Notes: generated by a model from the sequence alone, not told the origin. Positions 1-11,481 are shown, numbered from the stretch's first letter. The stretch is 60,414 nt of DNA from Octopus bimaculoides (GCF_001194135.2 NC_068982.1:168146505-168206918), one strand, 5' to 3'. Made by a program: numbers and translations.

Positions 1-395
1 AGATGCATGTGTAGTTCTATGGGTATCAAAACGTATATATCATTGTGTACACGTTCGAGTGTATGCGTAATTATTCAATATATGTACTTACTATTTTGTT
101 CCATTTCTTTTTTATATAGTTTGTAAACTTTCCGGTGTTGGTTTTTCGTGTGTGATCGCACGTGTTTCATTGAGACATTGTGCATAGGAGGACCTGTGCT
201 TTGTATTGCAGTGAAATTTCATTTTTTAAGAATAAAAAATATTTAAAAAAAAAATTATCTTCGTTAAAAGACCGCTTCCTTCAAATCTTCCACCGGTTCT
301 GTTGCCTAATTCCAGCGATGTTTTTGGATTAGATATGTTTTTGTATAGGGAGCCCGGTGTAGCACATCCATGTTGTTATTCAGCCCGGTGCTGCT

Positions 396-405
396 CCTTC
401 TTCTT

Positions 406-503
<98 letters not shown>
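396..503. repeat. Compound microsatellite (TTC)n(TTA)n
   Basis: Directly visible; produces the poly-F/L and poly-I/R ORFs at 302..634 and 306..650. Confidence 0.98.
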
Positions 504-504
<1 letters not shown>

Positions 505-506
505 TG

Positions 507-695
507 AAGGCGACGAGCTGGCAGAATCATTAACACGTCGGTCGAAATGTTTAGTGGTATTTCGTCTATTGCTGCGTTCTGAGTTCCAATTCCGCCGAGG
601 TCGACTTTACCTTTCATCCTTACGGAGTCGATGAAGTAAGTACCAGTCACGTGCTGGGATCGATGTAATCAACTAGTCCCCTACTCACAAATTGC
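507..695 (+). mobile_element. SINE family A (tRNA-like head plus GTCGACTTT.CCTTTCATCCTT.CG..GTCGAT..A.TAAGTACCAG core, Nin-domain-like)
   Basis: Colinear with copies at 4971, 10722, 13945(-), 14320 and 30305(-); head AAGGCG.CGAGCTGGCAGAA and box-B-like GAGTTC.AATTCC. Confidence 0.9.
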
Positions 696-904
696 AGTAG
701 TAGTAGTAGTAGTAGTAATAGTAGCAGTAGCTTAAGAATTGTCATTTGTCCTTTGCTCCTTATTAACAGCCACAGGTAAAATTTGGATATCCTTGTCACG
801 GACTTAGTCGGATCAATAATATTTTATTATATGAATACTATTTGTCCATATTTGGATAGTAAAGAAATTTAGTTTGATGTACGTTGTAAAATGAAATTTA
901 TTTA

Positions 905-1068
905 ATCACGCTAATTCTAGAGCCATTGACAGGCAACATTTATGGAACTTTCTTAGACTGGGTTTGGCAGTGATAGCACCGATGGCAATCCTTCTATTGA
1001 CTAATATAAATGCAATCTAAGAAAGTTCCATAAATTGCACCTGTCAGTTGCTCTAGAATTAGCGTGAT
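905..1068. mobile_element. Foldback/MITE-like palindrome with 53 bp arms and 58 bp spacer
   Basis: 905-957 is the near-perfect reverse complement of 1016-1068. Confidence 0.75.
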
Positions 1069-1424
1069 CAAACACGGAAGGATGAAGGGCAAAATGAATT
1101 AGCACGTAATTAGTATGGAGCAGGAGGTTTTTGACGATAAGCATGAAGTTTTTTACAATTGTCTAACAGTTTTGACAGCTTACCACCTGTTAGCGCCAGG
1201 TAAGCGACAATGTTCATGAGGAGATTCCCGTCATCGACAATGACCAGCTGAATAGCTTATAGCGGAAGACTTTCAGCCAATAGAATGAAGAGAATGTTCA
1301 ACACACACCCACATATAGCCACGTTACCGCAAATTATGTACCGTATACTTTCCTGGTATCTTCATTCGGTGAGCTGATATGTCACACCCCACATATGTAA
1401 ATCTAATTAACAATTCCACCTCAT

Positions 1425-2475
1425 ATAGGGCAAGTTTCTTCTTCTGTTGCCTTGGGCTGACCAAAGCCTTGTGTGTGGATTTGGTACATGGAAACTAAAA
1501 AAGCCCGTCGNNNNNNNNNNNNNNNNNNNNNNNNNNNNNNNNNNNNNNNNNNNNNNNNNNNNNNNNNNNNNNNNNNNNNNNNNNNNNNNNNNNNNNNNNN
1601 NNNNNNNNNNNNNNNNNNNNNNNNNNNNNNNNNNNNNNNNNNNNNNNNNNNNNNNNNNNNNNNNNNNNNNNNNNNNNNNNNNNNNNNNNNNNNNNNNNNN
1701 NNNNNNNNNNNNNNNNNNNNNNNNNNNNNNNNNNNNNNNNNNNNNNNNNNNNNNNNNNNNNNNNNNNNNNNNNNNNNNNNNNNNNNNNNNNNNNNNNNNN
1801 NNNNNNNNNNNNNNNNNNNNNNNNNNNNNNNNNNNNNNNNNNNNNNNNNNNNNNNNNNNNNNNNNNNNNNNNNNNNNNNNNNNNNNNNNNNNNNNNNNNN
1901 NNNNNNNNNNNNNNNNNNNNNNNNNNNNNNNNNNNNNNNNNNNNNNNNNNNNNNNNNNNNNNNNNNNNNNNNNNNNNNNNNNNNNNNNNNNNNNNNNNNN
2001 NNNNNNNNNNNNNNNNNNNNNNNNNNNNNNNNNNNNNNNNNNNNNNNNNNNNNNNNNNNNNNNNNNNNNNNNNNNNNNNNNNNNNNNNNNNNNNNNNNNN
2101 NNNNNNNNNNNNNNNNNNNNNNNNNNNNNNNNNNNNNNNNNNNNNNNNNNNNNNNNNNNNNNNNNNNNNNNNNNNNNNNNNNNNNNNNNNNNNNNNNNNN
2201 NNNNNNNNNNNNNNNNNNNNNNNNGTATGTATATATATTTATGTGTGTGTGCCTTTGTGCCTGTGTTTGTCTCCGCCACATCGCTTGACAACCGAAGTGG
2301 ATGTGCTTAAGTCCCTATAACTTACCGCTTCAGCAAAAGTATTCGATAGAATAAACACTAGGCTGCTAAATACAAAGTTGTGGAGTCGATTTCTTCGATT
2401 AAACCCTTTAAGGTGGTGCTCCAGTATGGCTGCAGTAAATGACTGAAACAAGTAGATTAAAAGATTGAAAGAGGT
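1425..2475 (+). mobile_element. SINE family B copy whose internal TA/TG microsatellite lies in the 1511-2224 gap
   Basis: The right half (CATCGCTTGACAACCG...GCTCCAGTATGGCTGCAGT.AATGACTGAAACAAGTA) matches 9329, 31886(-) and 33630. The left half (GGGCTGACCAAAGCCTTGTG..TGGATTTGGTA...GGAAACT) is assigned to this family from recall. Confidence 0.8.
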
Positions 2476-2527
<52 letters not shown>

Positions 2528-2754
2528 NNNNNNNNNNNNNNNNNNNNNNNNNNNNNNNNNNNNNNNNNNNNNNNNNNNNNNNNNNNNNNNNNNNNNNNNN
2601 NNNNNNNNNNNNNNNNNNNNNNNNNNNNNNNNNNNNNNNNNNNNNNNNNNNNNNTTTTTTTTTTTTTTTTTTTTTTTTTTGGCTAAATAAGCACACATAC
2701 TATATATTCGTTCTCCACTTCAGATTTATCAGTATTCTTATTTCATCTCCTTTG

Positions 2755-2798
2755 TATGGAAATCTTTCGTCACACATCCTGTGACGTCTTCAGTGACA
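2755..2798 (-). ncRNA. Minimal type I hammerhead ribozyme motif (family A), stem I decayed
   Basis: Minus strand reads CUGAAGA-c-GUCACA-ggaug-UGUGAC-GAAA-gau-UUC; core intact and 6 bp stem II perfect. Confidence 0.65.
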
Positions 2799-2853
2799 CT
2801 CCATCCAACGTGTCGTTTCCTGTTTCTCCAGGAAGGGACACTTGGGATGGAAA

Positions 2854-2897
2854 GTCGCTGAAGTGGTCTTGCGATGTGTGACGAAAGATTTCCATAC
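2854..2897 (+). ncRNA. Decayed hammerhead motif (family A), A9 to U
   Basis: CUGAAGU 2858-2864, GUC...GAC stem II remnant, GAAA 2883-2886, UUC 2890-2892. Confidence 0.5.
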
Positions 2898-3878
2898 ATG
2901 TAATAAGAGTAATGATAAATCTGAAAGGAAGAAGGAATATATAAGGCGTGTTTTTATTTGACAAAACAAAAATTACCATCACGAACTATAACAATATATA
3001 TATTTATTTATACATAGCAAAAAAAGAGCTTCTAAAAATTTCTGGTACTATTTATTTATTTATTTATTTACATATTTATCTATTTATTCACCATTAAAAT
3101 TATTATCACTTGTCGGCTTGCAAGTCTAGAAACACTTCCCTTTTTGTCCAAGGCCGAACAAGCAGTTTCTTTCAATATGATGGCTTTAGTGATAGAGATT
3201 ATATGACACACATTTACTGCGGAAATTTTAAAGGACTTGTAATGTTTCATTTGAAGTGGAGAAGAGGGGAGGCCGACAACATAACTCAGGTATCAACTTC
3301 ATTTCAATGGCTCCGATGAAGCAATATGACATTGCACAAACACTCAGCTTTGGGTGCAGGTTAGTTATAGCTGAAATACCCATAAGCTAATGAAAATGTT
3401 ATTCATTTGTTATTCATTAATTTCTATCCATGTGCACACTCACACACAAACTCATACACACACACCAACTCACACACACACACACTATGCGTTTGTGCAT
3501 TCGTTACATAAATCAACCAGTGTTTTCATTAGTAGTAATACTCGATCGATCGATGTGCTACGGAAAGCAGGTAATTATCTTTTCCAACATTTGTACTTTG
3601 CGTAATATATTGCATTTTCAATTTTTAATTCAGTTTCTTGTTTTATCACCCAGAAAGTGCAATAGCACTAAAATATATTGCTCAGCAACAAATAATTTAT
3701 CGTACATATACATGTTGTTCCTTTGTCATATGAGCTGAGTGGTGTCACATCGGGCACTTGCAAGTCTAATCACACAAATACCTCCACCTTACCTCCACAC
3801 GCACACGTACTTATGTGTATATACATACATGAATATTTAAGTGTATATGCATGTATAGATGTATGTTTATGATTTATG

Positions 3879-3913
<35 letters not shown>

Positions 3914-4434
3914 GAGAAGACAATGGAGGAAAAATAACAAAAAGAAGTGTGTCTTTTGTGCTAGTAAGCTATTATTTAATTAGTAAAGAAAGGTGAGAGT
4001 AAGAGTGCAGTTTACGATCGTTCTTGTGGATATATCTATCCCTTAGAGCATTTAAACACCCCTAACTTATACCTATATATATATAGATACACATGATGGA
4101 CTCTCCCGTCGTTAGACGACGTATTAGGGTTCGATAGTTTCAGCTGTATGGGCGTGTTTTTTTTTCTTCTCGTGAGTTCTGCTATTTGCCTTGTGTTACT
4201 TTATTGTGAATTTCGTGTGCTATCGATTCTAAACATGCTTAGCAGGGGGAGTATCGTGCTTAGAAATTCCCCCTTGTTTACACTTTTTTGAAATTAAGGC
4301 TTCCCGCCAAAACATAGACAACGCTCCAATACTAATAGGCTCAACAAGATGTACCAAGTAATGTTCTCAGCACTTCCTTGTCGCGAGCAGGAGGGGTGAA
4401 CAAAGTAAATACCCAGAAATATACGACACATTCT

Positions 4435-5290
4435 ACATTAGTGAAAACAGGCTGACCGGCTCACAAGCTCTTTCTTCCCCTCTTCGATGATTATGAGATC
4501 TACATCTCTCCAAGCCAGCCTAGAGGAAGCAGGGGAATTGTGGTTTTTATCTGTAACGGCCTGGATTTATAAATCAAGGCAATCTTTGTGGACTCAGAGG
4601 GTAAGCTGGCCGTCCTTGACGCATCGTATAGCAGTGGCAGCGCATTCAGACCGGTTGCAGTCTATGCCCCAAATGACACGGAGCAATCCGACTACTTCAG
4701 CCACCTAGAGGCTTCTTGTGGGGCGTCACGCACGTTAGTGTTAGTGGGTGACTTTAACACAATCCCAAATTCGCATGTGGATTGTGTTGGCTCAACTCCA
4801 AATAGAAAAGGGAATACTTACCTCACTAACTTGCTCAGTCGCTTTCAACTTGCTGACAGGTTTAGAATGGATCACCCGGATGCTCCTATGTGGGCATGGA
4901 CCAACAGCATCGGGTCTTCCAGATGCTTCTTAAAATATTCATTAGGTTAGGTGATCAATCAGCTCACCGTAAGGTAGCGAAATGCTTAGCGGTATTTCGT
5001 CTGTCTTTACGTTCTAACTTCAAATTCCGCTGAGGTCGACTTTACCTTTCATCCTTTCGAGGTCGATAGATTAAGTACCAGTTGCGTTCTAGGATAGATC
5101 TAATCGATTGGCCCCCTCCCCAAAAATTTCGAACCTAATGTCTAGAGTAGAAAAGGATAAATCTAACGTTAGTTGTCCACAATTTCAGATTGTCAGCTAT
5201 GCGGATCATAAGTTTGTAATCTGTAAGCTTGACTTAGATAGATTTTGTAGACAGAGCCCGGTTACTGGAAGCTAAGGGATAGCCCACTAA
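4435..5290 (+). mobile_element. Tx1/L1-clade LINE ORF2 AP-endonuclease fragment interrupted by a SINE
   Basis: Translation gives ISENRL..EIYISP..RGIVVF..DSEGKLAVLD..VAVYAPND..LVLVGDFN..ADRFR.DHP...WAW; after the SINE it gives VSCPQF..SYADHKFV and, after a frameshift, YWKL. These are APE motifs in the correct order. Confidence 0.85.
4971..5160 (+). mobile_element. SINE family A, 5'-truncated, nested in the Tx1 endonuclease
   Basis: Near-colinear with the 10722-10940 copy. Confidence 0.9.
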
Positions 5291-5440
5291 GGGATAATAT
5301 CTATCCAATATACTGCCGGAAGAATACCCAATTATTATTACGCTAGTGTTTTTTCTTCGTATTACCAAGTGAAATATATGGGTGCGGGAAAAATGATATT
5401 TTACCTTTAAGTTATATAGCAATAAGAACTCATCACAGGT

Positions 5441-5448
5441 CTGTGTGT

Positions 5449-5491
<43 letters not shown>

Positions 5492-5502
5492 TGTGTGTGT
5501 GT
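5441..5502. repeat. (GT)n microsatellite
   Basis: Directly visible. Confidence 0.97.
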
Positions 5503-5596
5503 ATCATTAAAAACCGTAGGTTCTTGGTCTCTTAGCTTGCTTTTCATAAACTGTTGAGGAAGCAAAGCAGAATTTAAATATTTAATCTAGAATATT

Positions 5597-5720
5597 AAAG
5601 GCGATGTGTTGTTTGACGAACGTTGGATAGAACCCGTTGCATAGCTTGTTCCGACGTTAACTGTACATTTCGCTTCTTAAGAGTCGATAGATAATGTACC
5701 AGTTAAGTTCTGATGTAGAT
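5597..5720 (+). mobile_element. Highly degenerate SINE family A remnant
   Basis: AAGGCGA head and GAGTCGATAGATAATGTACCAGTT core remnant. Confidence 0.5.
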
Positions 5721-5852
5721 TTTGTCTCTCTTCGTCTATTTCTATCTTGCTCTATTTAGGTTTTTCTCTTCCTCTTTCACTCTCCCTCTCTACCTATCTA
5801 TTTTCTCTCTTTTGCTTTCTCTCTCTCTTTCTCTCGACCTATATGTCTATCA

Positions 5853-5855
<3 letters not shown>

Positions 5856-5920
<65 letters not shown>
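5856..5920. repeat. (CT)n microsatellite
   Basis: Directly visible. Confidence 0.97.
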
Positions 5921-5923
<3 letters not shown>

Positions 5924-6599
5924 TCCCAATTCTGAACATATAATAGTTTAGCGTGTTGAGAGCTGAGTATTTATGGGAATCACAATACGCAGATCGTGCT
6001 AGAAATTTTCTTTGAAAAGGATACTTCTAATTGACATATAGACTGCATGTCCTGGAAGAGTTTAGCTGTTCCTATTTTGTTCGTATGTGACCTGGCTAAA
6101 TGAAGTAATTGAGTATCATTGTTGTCTAACGAATGGCTCAATACAAATGGCTGATTATAGATTCCTAGCTCTTAAACATAAATCTGGTTTTAGTCAACCT
6201 GACAAAAGGCGTTTGTACAATGTGGATTTTATACGGATGCGTCCATGATGAAGTCAAAATTTCACACCCGCAATCATTATTGGTGAACAAAGTGAATATC
6301 AATTTTACATACGATGAAGACCATAGTAAAATTGTGTATGCAGATGTCATAGAAATGTGCGATACCAAAAAAGTACAGGCGGGGAAATCGGTATTGTGAA
6401 TTGTCGGTAGATTTCTTTAAGTGAAATTATATTCAATTTTTCATTTTGAAAACTAATAGAATATATTCATCGGTTACAGTGCAGGGACAAAAAAAAAAAA
6501 AGAAGAAAATTGAACCACTATAAATCTCAGGTTTCAAGACATGTTATTACAGTGGAAGGTGACAAAAAATGGGTCACAGTTTAAAAGTTAGAAGCTCGA

Positions 6600-7270
6600 A
6601 GAATTCTCCTACTCCGAGCGATTTGAGCACAGAATTTCCTGCGCCCACATGTTCACAATCTAACGGCATCTTAGATATATCTCCTGGAATATCGAAATCA
6701 CTACTACTAAAAGCAGACTGGTTAGACCACAAAAATACACCTAAATTGAGCATATTTGTCTTCTTCGGAGTGCTCTTTATATTATTTAATGACAAGAAAG
6801 ACTAAGTTGGAAATGTATTTTTTACAGATCAATGGAATATCTATCCCCATTGAAGACAATTGTGAGAATGCCTTTATCAATAGACATGGTTGGATACCAA
6901 TAAAAATAAACAAAAGAGTCGGTAAAACAAGTAATACCCTGAGAGATGGTCAGAAAGTTTACCAATGAAATAGAAACCAGGACTAATATGTCGGTGTATT
7001 CAGACATAATTTTACTCAATTACTCAGGCTTTGTAGACAGTAATGCTGATGAGCCTAATCATGTTCCTAAATTTTGGCAACAACGCGAACCAGTGACCCT
7101 AGAAAACTTACCTAACGTTTTACTGAATCGGCTGCATATATGCGGAACTGATGATGCTATAAACAATTATTCACCACCTACTCAAATATTCAAAGTTTGG
7201 GGGAACATTGATGCAATAAACATAATTCCGATGGGATTTCAATTAAATAGTTGTCAGGTACAAAAGTGGT
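6600..7270 (+). mobile_element. Possible very decayed CR1/L2-type reverse transcriptase remnant (alternatively a candidate exon)
   Basis: RHGWIP resembles QHGF.P, SDIILLNYSGFVDS resembles VDVIYLDFSKAFDS, QQREPV resembles QG.P, and GTDD...GFQLN resembles (Y/F)ADD...GL.LN. The order is right but one spacer is short and each match is weak. Confidence 0.35.
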
Positions 7271-8301
7271 GTGTATGTATGTATGTATGTATGTATGTAT
7301 GTATGTATGTGAGAGAGTAAGTATGTGTGCGCGTGTGTATGTGAGTGTGTGTTGGTTTCCATGGGTTCTTAAATCTTATAATCTAAACACTTATCTTTAG
7401 TAATTACACCTGATGCTCAGTATGCTAACAGTATTAAGTTTCCTCACCTGTTCAAAGTAGCCTAAGATATTCCTTTACGTCTAATTTTACTTTCTTTTTT
7501 TTCTGTCAGACAATCGTTTAACTGAAATCTAATATGATTTACATATTGGAATTTGATTTAACGCATTCTTCATATTACTCACTACAAAACTTGTTAGGTT
7601 GCTTCTGTTCATTAATCTTCCGTGGTTAATTGTATAAACGCTTTTTTTAATAACATTAACAAATACATTAACAATACATTACTTAATTAATGAATGTTAC
7701 TCTTAAACATTTACTATTTTGAATGAAAATTTATACACATCCAATCTCTGAAAATATCGTCTGAAAATTTTGGATGGATAAGCATTAGGTATCTCCATTT
7801 TCAACAAGCAATTAAACAGATTGTTAATGTTTGAAAATTGACTCTTTATCAGTCTCCGTATTTTTAACCATAAATATATTATAGCAATTTTATTCATTAA
7901 TACTATGTAACAATTATCACTACACTTTTTTCTCTTCTTCCATTCTCTATCTTCCTACAGTTTATATAAAAACAGTAACAATCGTTCTATCGAGTTTATA
8001 AGTTCTGTTTGCGAAAAGGAGATATTTCAACCCGCCGGCAGTCTTATAAACATAACATCCTTCACTCTGTTATTACTCGTTCAGTTTTTAGGTCTTTATG
8101 TACAAACACTAATTTATGTACACATACAAATGCAGACACACACACAGACACACACACAGACACACACACAGACACACACATGAACAGATATATGTATGTA
8201 AGTATATATATATACATATATTTATGGTGGAGGAGTATTCGTGTGTATATATATATACATGGTGGAGGAGTATTTGTGTATATATATATATACGTACACA
8301 C

Positions 8302-8465
8302 AATTACTGAAACTAGTTTGGTATATATGTGAATAAATCTATTTAAAAACAACAACACAATTTTCAATTTCAGGGACATTTTGAAAATGCACCTGAAATT
8401 GAAAATTGTGTTGTTGTTTTTAAATAGATTTATTCACATGCAATACCAAACTAGTTTCAGCAATT
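8302..8465. mobile_element. Near-perfect 164 bp foldback palindrome (MITE-like)
   Basis: 8302-8374 is the reverse complement of 8392-8465 with few mismatches; the spacer itself pairs (CATTTT-G-AAAATG). Confidence 0.8.
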
Positions 8466-9328
8466 TTTTGTGTTTGTCAGTGGTACAAATATATATAAAG
8501 CAAGGGAGTTTTAACAGAGTTTAACATTAAGAAATAGAAATCGAACAAACGTTTAAACGATCAAATCATCGTTTCATAGGGATAGATAATAGCAAAGTAA
8601 ATATTCGGCGAAGAATATAACAAATCTACATAGCTGAAAGTTCAGTCATATTGAGCTTTTATAGAATATGTGGACAAGTGAGAGACAAGAAAGGAAGAGA
8701 GTAAAAAAATCTTTTTTACAACTTCTGTCATCGTGCATGCAGTTTATTTTTTTCCCATCGTGTACTGATTCCTTCACTTTTCACGGTGTCTGTTGGGAAT
8801 TAGAAAATATTTTGAGTATATATATAAGTTTTTACGCGAAATGATCTAATCAGTTATTATCTAAAATTATAACCAATCAAAAGATTGGTTATGATTTTGA
8901 TGATGGCTTATTTCTTCTGGTAGATGTTTTAGGTAAAAAAAATACATTTTGTTTTAACATAAGCGTTTTGGTCGTTTGGTTGGTTGGTTGGTTGATTGGT
9001 TGGTTCCCTGTACATAGGACATTTAGTAAACTATTGAGATCTGGTTTACGTCTGTGTGACATCGAATTATTGTAACGTTGGTTATCTCCCTTGTATTTTT
9101 CCTGTCTTCTTCTTTGCAAGCGTCTCTTGTTTAAACATCCGATCTACTCAAATTGTTCAAACGACAACAAACAAACCGTCTTGTTTTCAGCTTGATAAAT
9201 GGTGGAATAAATTATTATTTCCTCCAGGAAACCCTGGGTAGCTGTATTTATAAGATTTGCGGTTTTCGTTTTAATTTTAAGTTTTTCTTTATTCTCTTAG
9301 GTGATCGAGTGTTTTCTACTTTTTGAAA

Positions 9329-9525
9329 GTGTTTGTCCCGCCAACATCGCCTGACAACTGATGCTGGTATGTTTACATCTCCGTCACTTAGCGGTTCGGC
9401 AAGAGAGACCGATAGAATAAGTACTAGGCTTACAAATAATAAGTCCTGGCGTCGATTTTCTCGTCTAAAGATGGTACTCCAGCATGGCCGCAGTGAAATG
9501 ACTGAAACAAATAAAAGAATAAAAT
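9329..9525 (+). mobile_element. SINE family B, 3' half
   Basis: Matches the 2240-2475, 31886(-) and 33630 copies. Confidence 0.9.
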
Positions 9526-10120
9526 ATATATCTTTTCTGTCATTATGTATCTCTCTCCGCTCTCTTTCGCTCTGTCTCTCTTTCTCCTTCTCTCTATCTC
9601 TTCTTCTCCCAGTACACCTATATATATGTATGTATATATAATATATATATATATATATTATATATATNNNNNNNNNNNNNNNNNNNNNNNNNNNNNNNNN
9701 NNNNNNNNNNNNNNNNNNNNNNNNNNNNNNNNNNNNNNNNNNNNNNNNNNNNNNNNNNNNNNNNNNNNNNNNNNNNNNNNNNNNNNNNNNNNNNNNNNNN
9801 NNNNNNNNNNNNNNNNNNNNNNNNNNNNNNNNNNNNNNNNNNNNNNNNNNNNNNNNNNNNNNNNNNNNNNNNNNNNNNNNNNNNNNNNNNNNNNNNNNNN
9901 NNNNNNNNNNNNNNNNNNNNNNNNNNNNNNNNNNNNNNNNNNNNNNNNNNNNNNNNNNNNNNNNNNNNNNNNNNNNNNNNNNNNNNNNNNNNNNNNNNNN
10001 NNNNNNNNNNNNNNNNNNNNNNNNNNNNNNNNNNNNNNNNNNNNNNNNNNNNNNNNNNNNNNNNNNNNNNNNNNNNNNNNNNNNTATATATGTGTGTGTG
10101 TGTGTGTGTGTGTATGTATA

Positions 10121-10710
10121 TCAGGTCGTCAAGTATGAAATTTGTAGTAAGGTTAAATGTAACTTTGCCAGTTGCTCATTTTGCGCTTTATAAACCCGTG
10201 TTTGCTATTTTTGTTCAGAGATGGATAAGTCGGAAATTCCTACAGTTTTGAAATATGAACTTTTTCTTGGAAATACAACAACAGAGAATGCTCTGAATAT
10301 TAATGAAGTATTTCATTTTAATGTTATTACACAGCAGACAGTATCAAATTGGTTTACAAAATTTCGTTCTGTTAACTTTGATCTCACAAATGAACAAGTC
10401 GACCAGAAACAAAACTGAATAATGATGAACTGAAAGCTACCGTCGAGTCAGATCCATCTCAAAGTGGCCGTAAATTATCGTTGTTGTTTGGTGTTAGCAA
10501 ACAAACAATATTGACTCAATTAGTTCAAATCGGTAAAGTGAAAAAGTTGTATAAGTAGCTTCCACATGAACTCAATGAAAATCAGAAACAGCAACGTTTG
10601 GAAGCCTGCATTATGCAACTTTCTCGTCACAGAAACGAATCATTTTTGAATCGAATTTTAACATGTGATGAAAAATAGATCCAATACAACAATTGTAAAC
10701 GTTCAGTACA
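10121..10710 (+). mobile_element. Mariner (Hsmar1/cecropia-like) transposase pseudogene, 5' part with probable left TIR
   Basis: ATG at 10221 gives MDKSEI..KYE..GNTT..NINEVF..TVSNWF.KFRS.NFDL, then after a frameshift NDELKATVESDP...IGKVKKL.K*LPHEL.ENQK..R...FLNRILTCDEK*I.Y.N (HTH, WVPHEL-like motif, first catalytic Asp). TA precedes TCAGGTCGTC. Confidence 0.9.
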
Positions 10711-10721
10711 AAGGTATATAT

Positions 10722-10940
10722 AAGGCAGCGAGCTGGTAGAAACGTTGCCACGCCGAGCGAAAAGCTTAGCGGTATTTCGTGTGTCTTTACGCTCTCAGTT
10801 CAAATTCCACCGAGGTCGACTTTACCTTTCATCCTTTCGGGGTCTATAAATTAAGTACCAGTTGCGTACTGAGGTCGATATAATCGACTGGTCCCCTCCC
10901 CAAAAATTTCGAGCCTTGTACCTAGAGTAAAAAAGAATAT
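10722..10940 (+). mobile_element. SINE family A, full length
   Basis: Head, core and CCCCTCCCCAAAAATTTCG..CCTTGT.CCTAGAGTA tail are all present. Confidence 0.92.
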
Positions 10941-11042
10941 TAAAATATATATGTATATACGTATGCATGTATACGCACGCGTGCACGCTCATGTGAAGAT
11001 ATGTAGCAGAGAACGGGAAAGAAAGAGAAACTGATAAACTTT

Positions 11043-11250
11043 TGCTCTCCTGTAGTCTATCCATGCCATAGTCAGGTTCTTCTGGTTGCTCCGGCAATTC
11101 TCTACAATCATTTTATTTATGAGTAACTGATCCTTGCATCCATAAGAATTTCTTTTACAGCCTTTTTGAGCTTGTGGAAAAATAGATCTCTGTTCGATGA
11201 AAGTGTATATTCTTTCTATTAGTAAGGATTTTTCTTGTCTTCAGTGTTTG
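11043..11250 (-). mobile_element. R4/Dong-like non-LTR reverse transcriptase fragment
   Basis: Minus strand reads IYTFIEQRSIFPQAQKGCKRNSYGCKDQLLINKMIVENCRSNQKNLTMAWIDYRRA, matching the EQKGC...GCKDQLLIN...AWIDYKKA signature as I recall it. Not listed in the ORF track. Confidence 0.85.
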
Positions 11251-11481
11251 GTAAAAGGTAATTATTATTATTGTTATTACAATTATTATCATTATTATTA
11301 TTGTTATTTTTGTTTTGTTTTTCTTATTATTTTTGAGTGAGAGAACAGCGCATTCCATCAAGGTGTCACTGAGTTTCAAATATGCGAAACCCAATATACC
11401 CATTATGGCTACCCCTCTGATAAGCGTACACTGGGCACATGCAACACAACCATATGTACGCAACATGGTGATCTCATGGGA

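Larger units (their letters stand above)
2655..2975. mobile_element. Head-to-head foldback element, HHR family A (Penelope pLTR-like), one arm ending in poly(A) on the minus strand
   Basis: Imperfect palindrome centred on TTCCTG-tttctc-CAGGAA (2817-2834). Both arms match the repeat at 22535-22745 and 50073-50270. Poly(T) at 2655-2680 abuts the left arm. Confidence 0.75.

Noticed and set aside
302-650. Poly-F/L and poly-I/R ORFs
   Set aside because: Translations of the (TTC)(TTA) microsatellite plus a SINE.
3110-3319. ORF with HIYCGNFKG and a CAG|GTATCA donor
   Set aside because: Could be an exon or a GDFN-type LINE endonuclease relic; neither has enough support.
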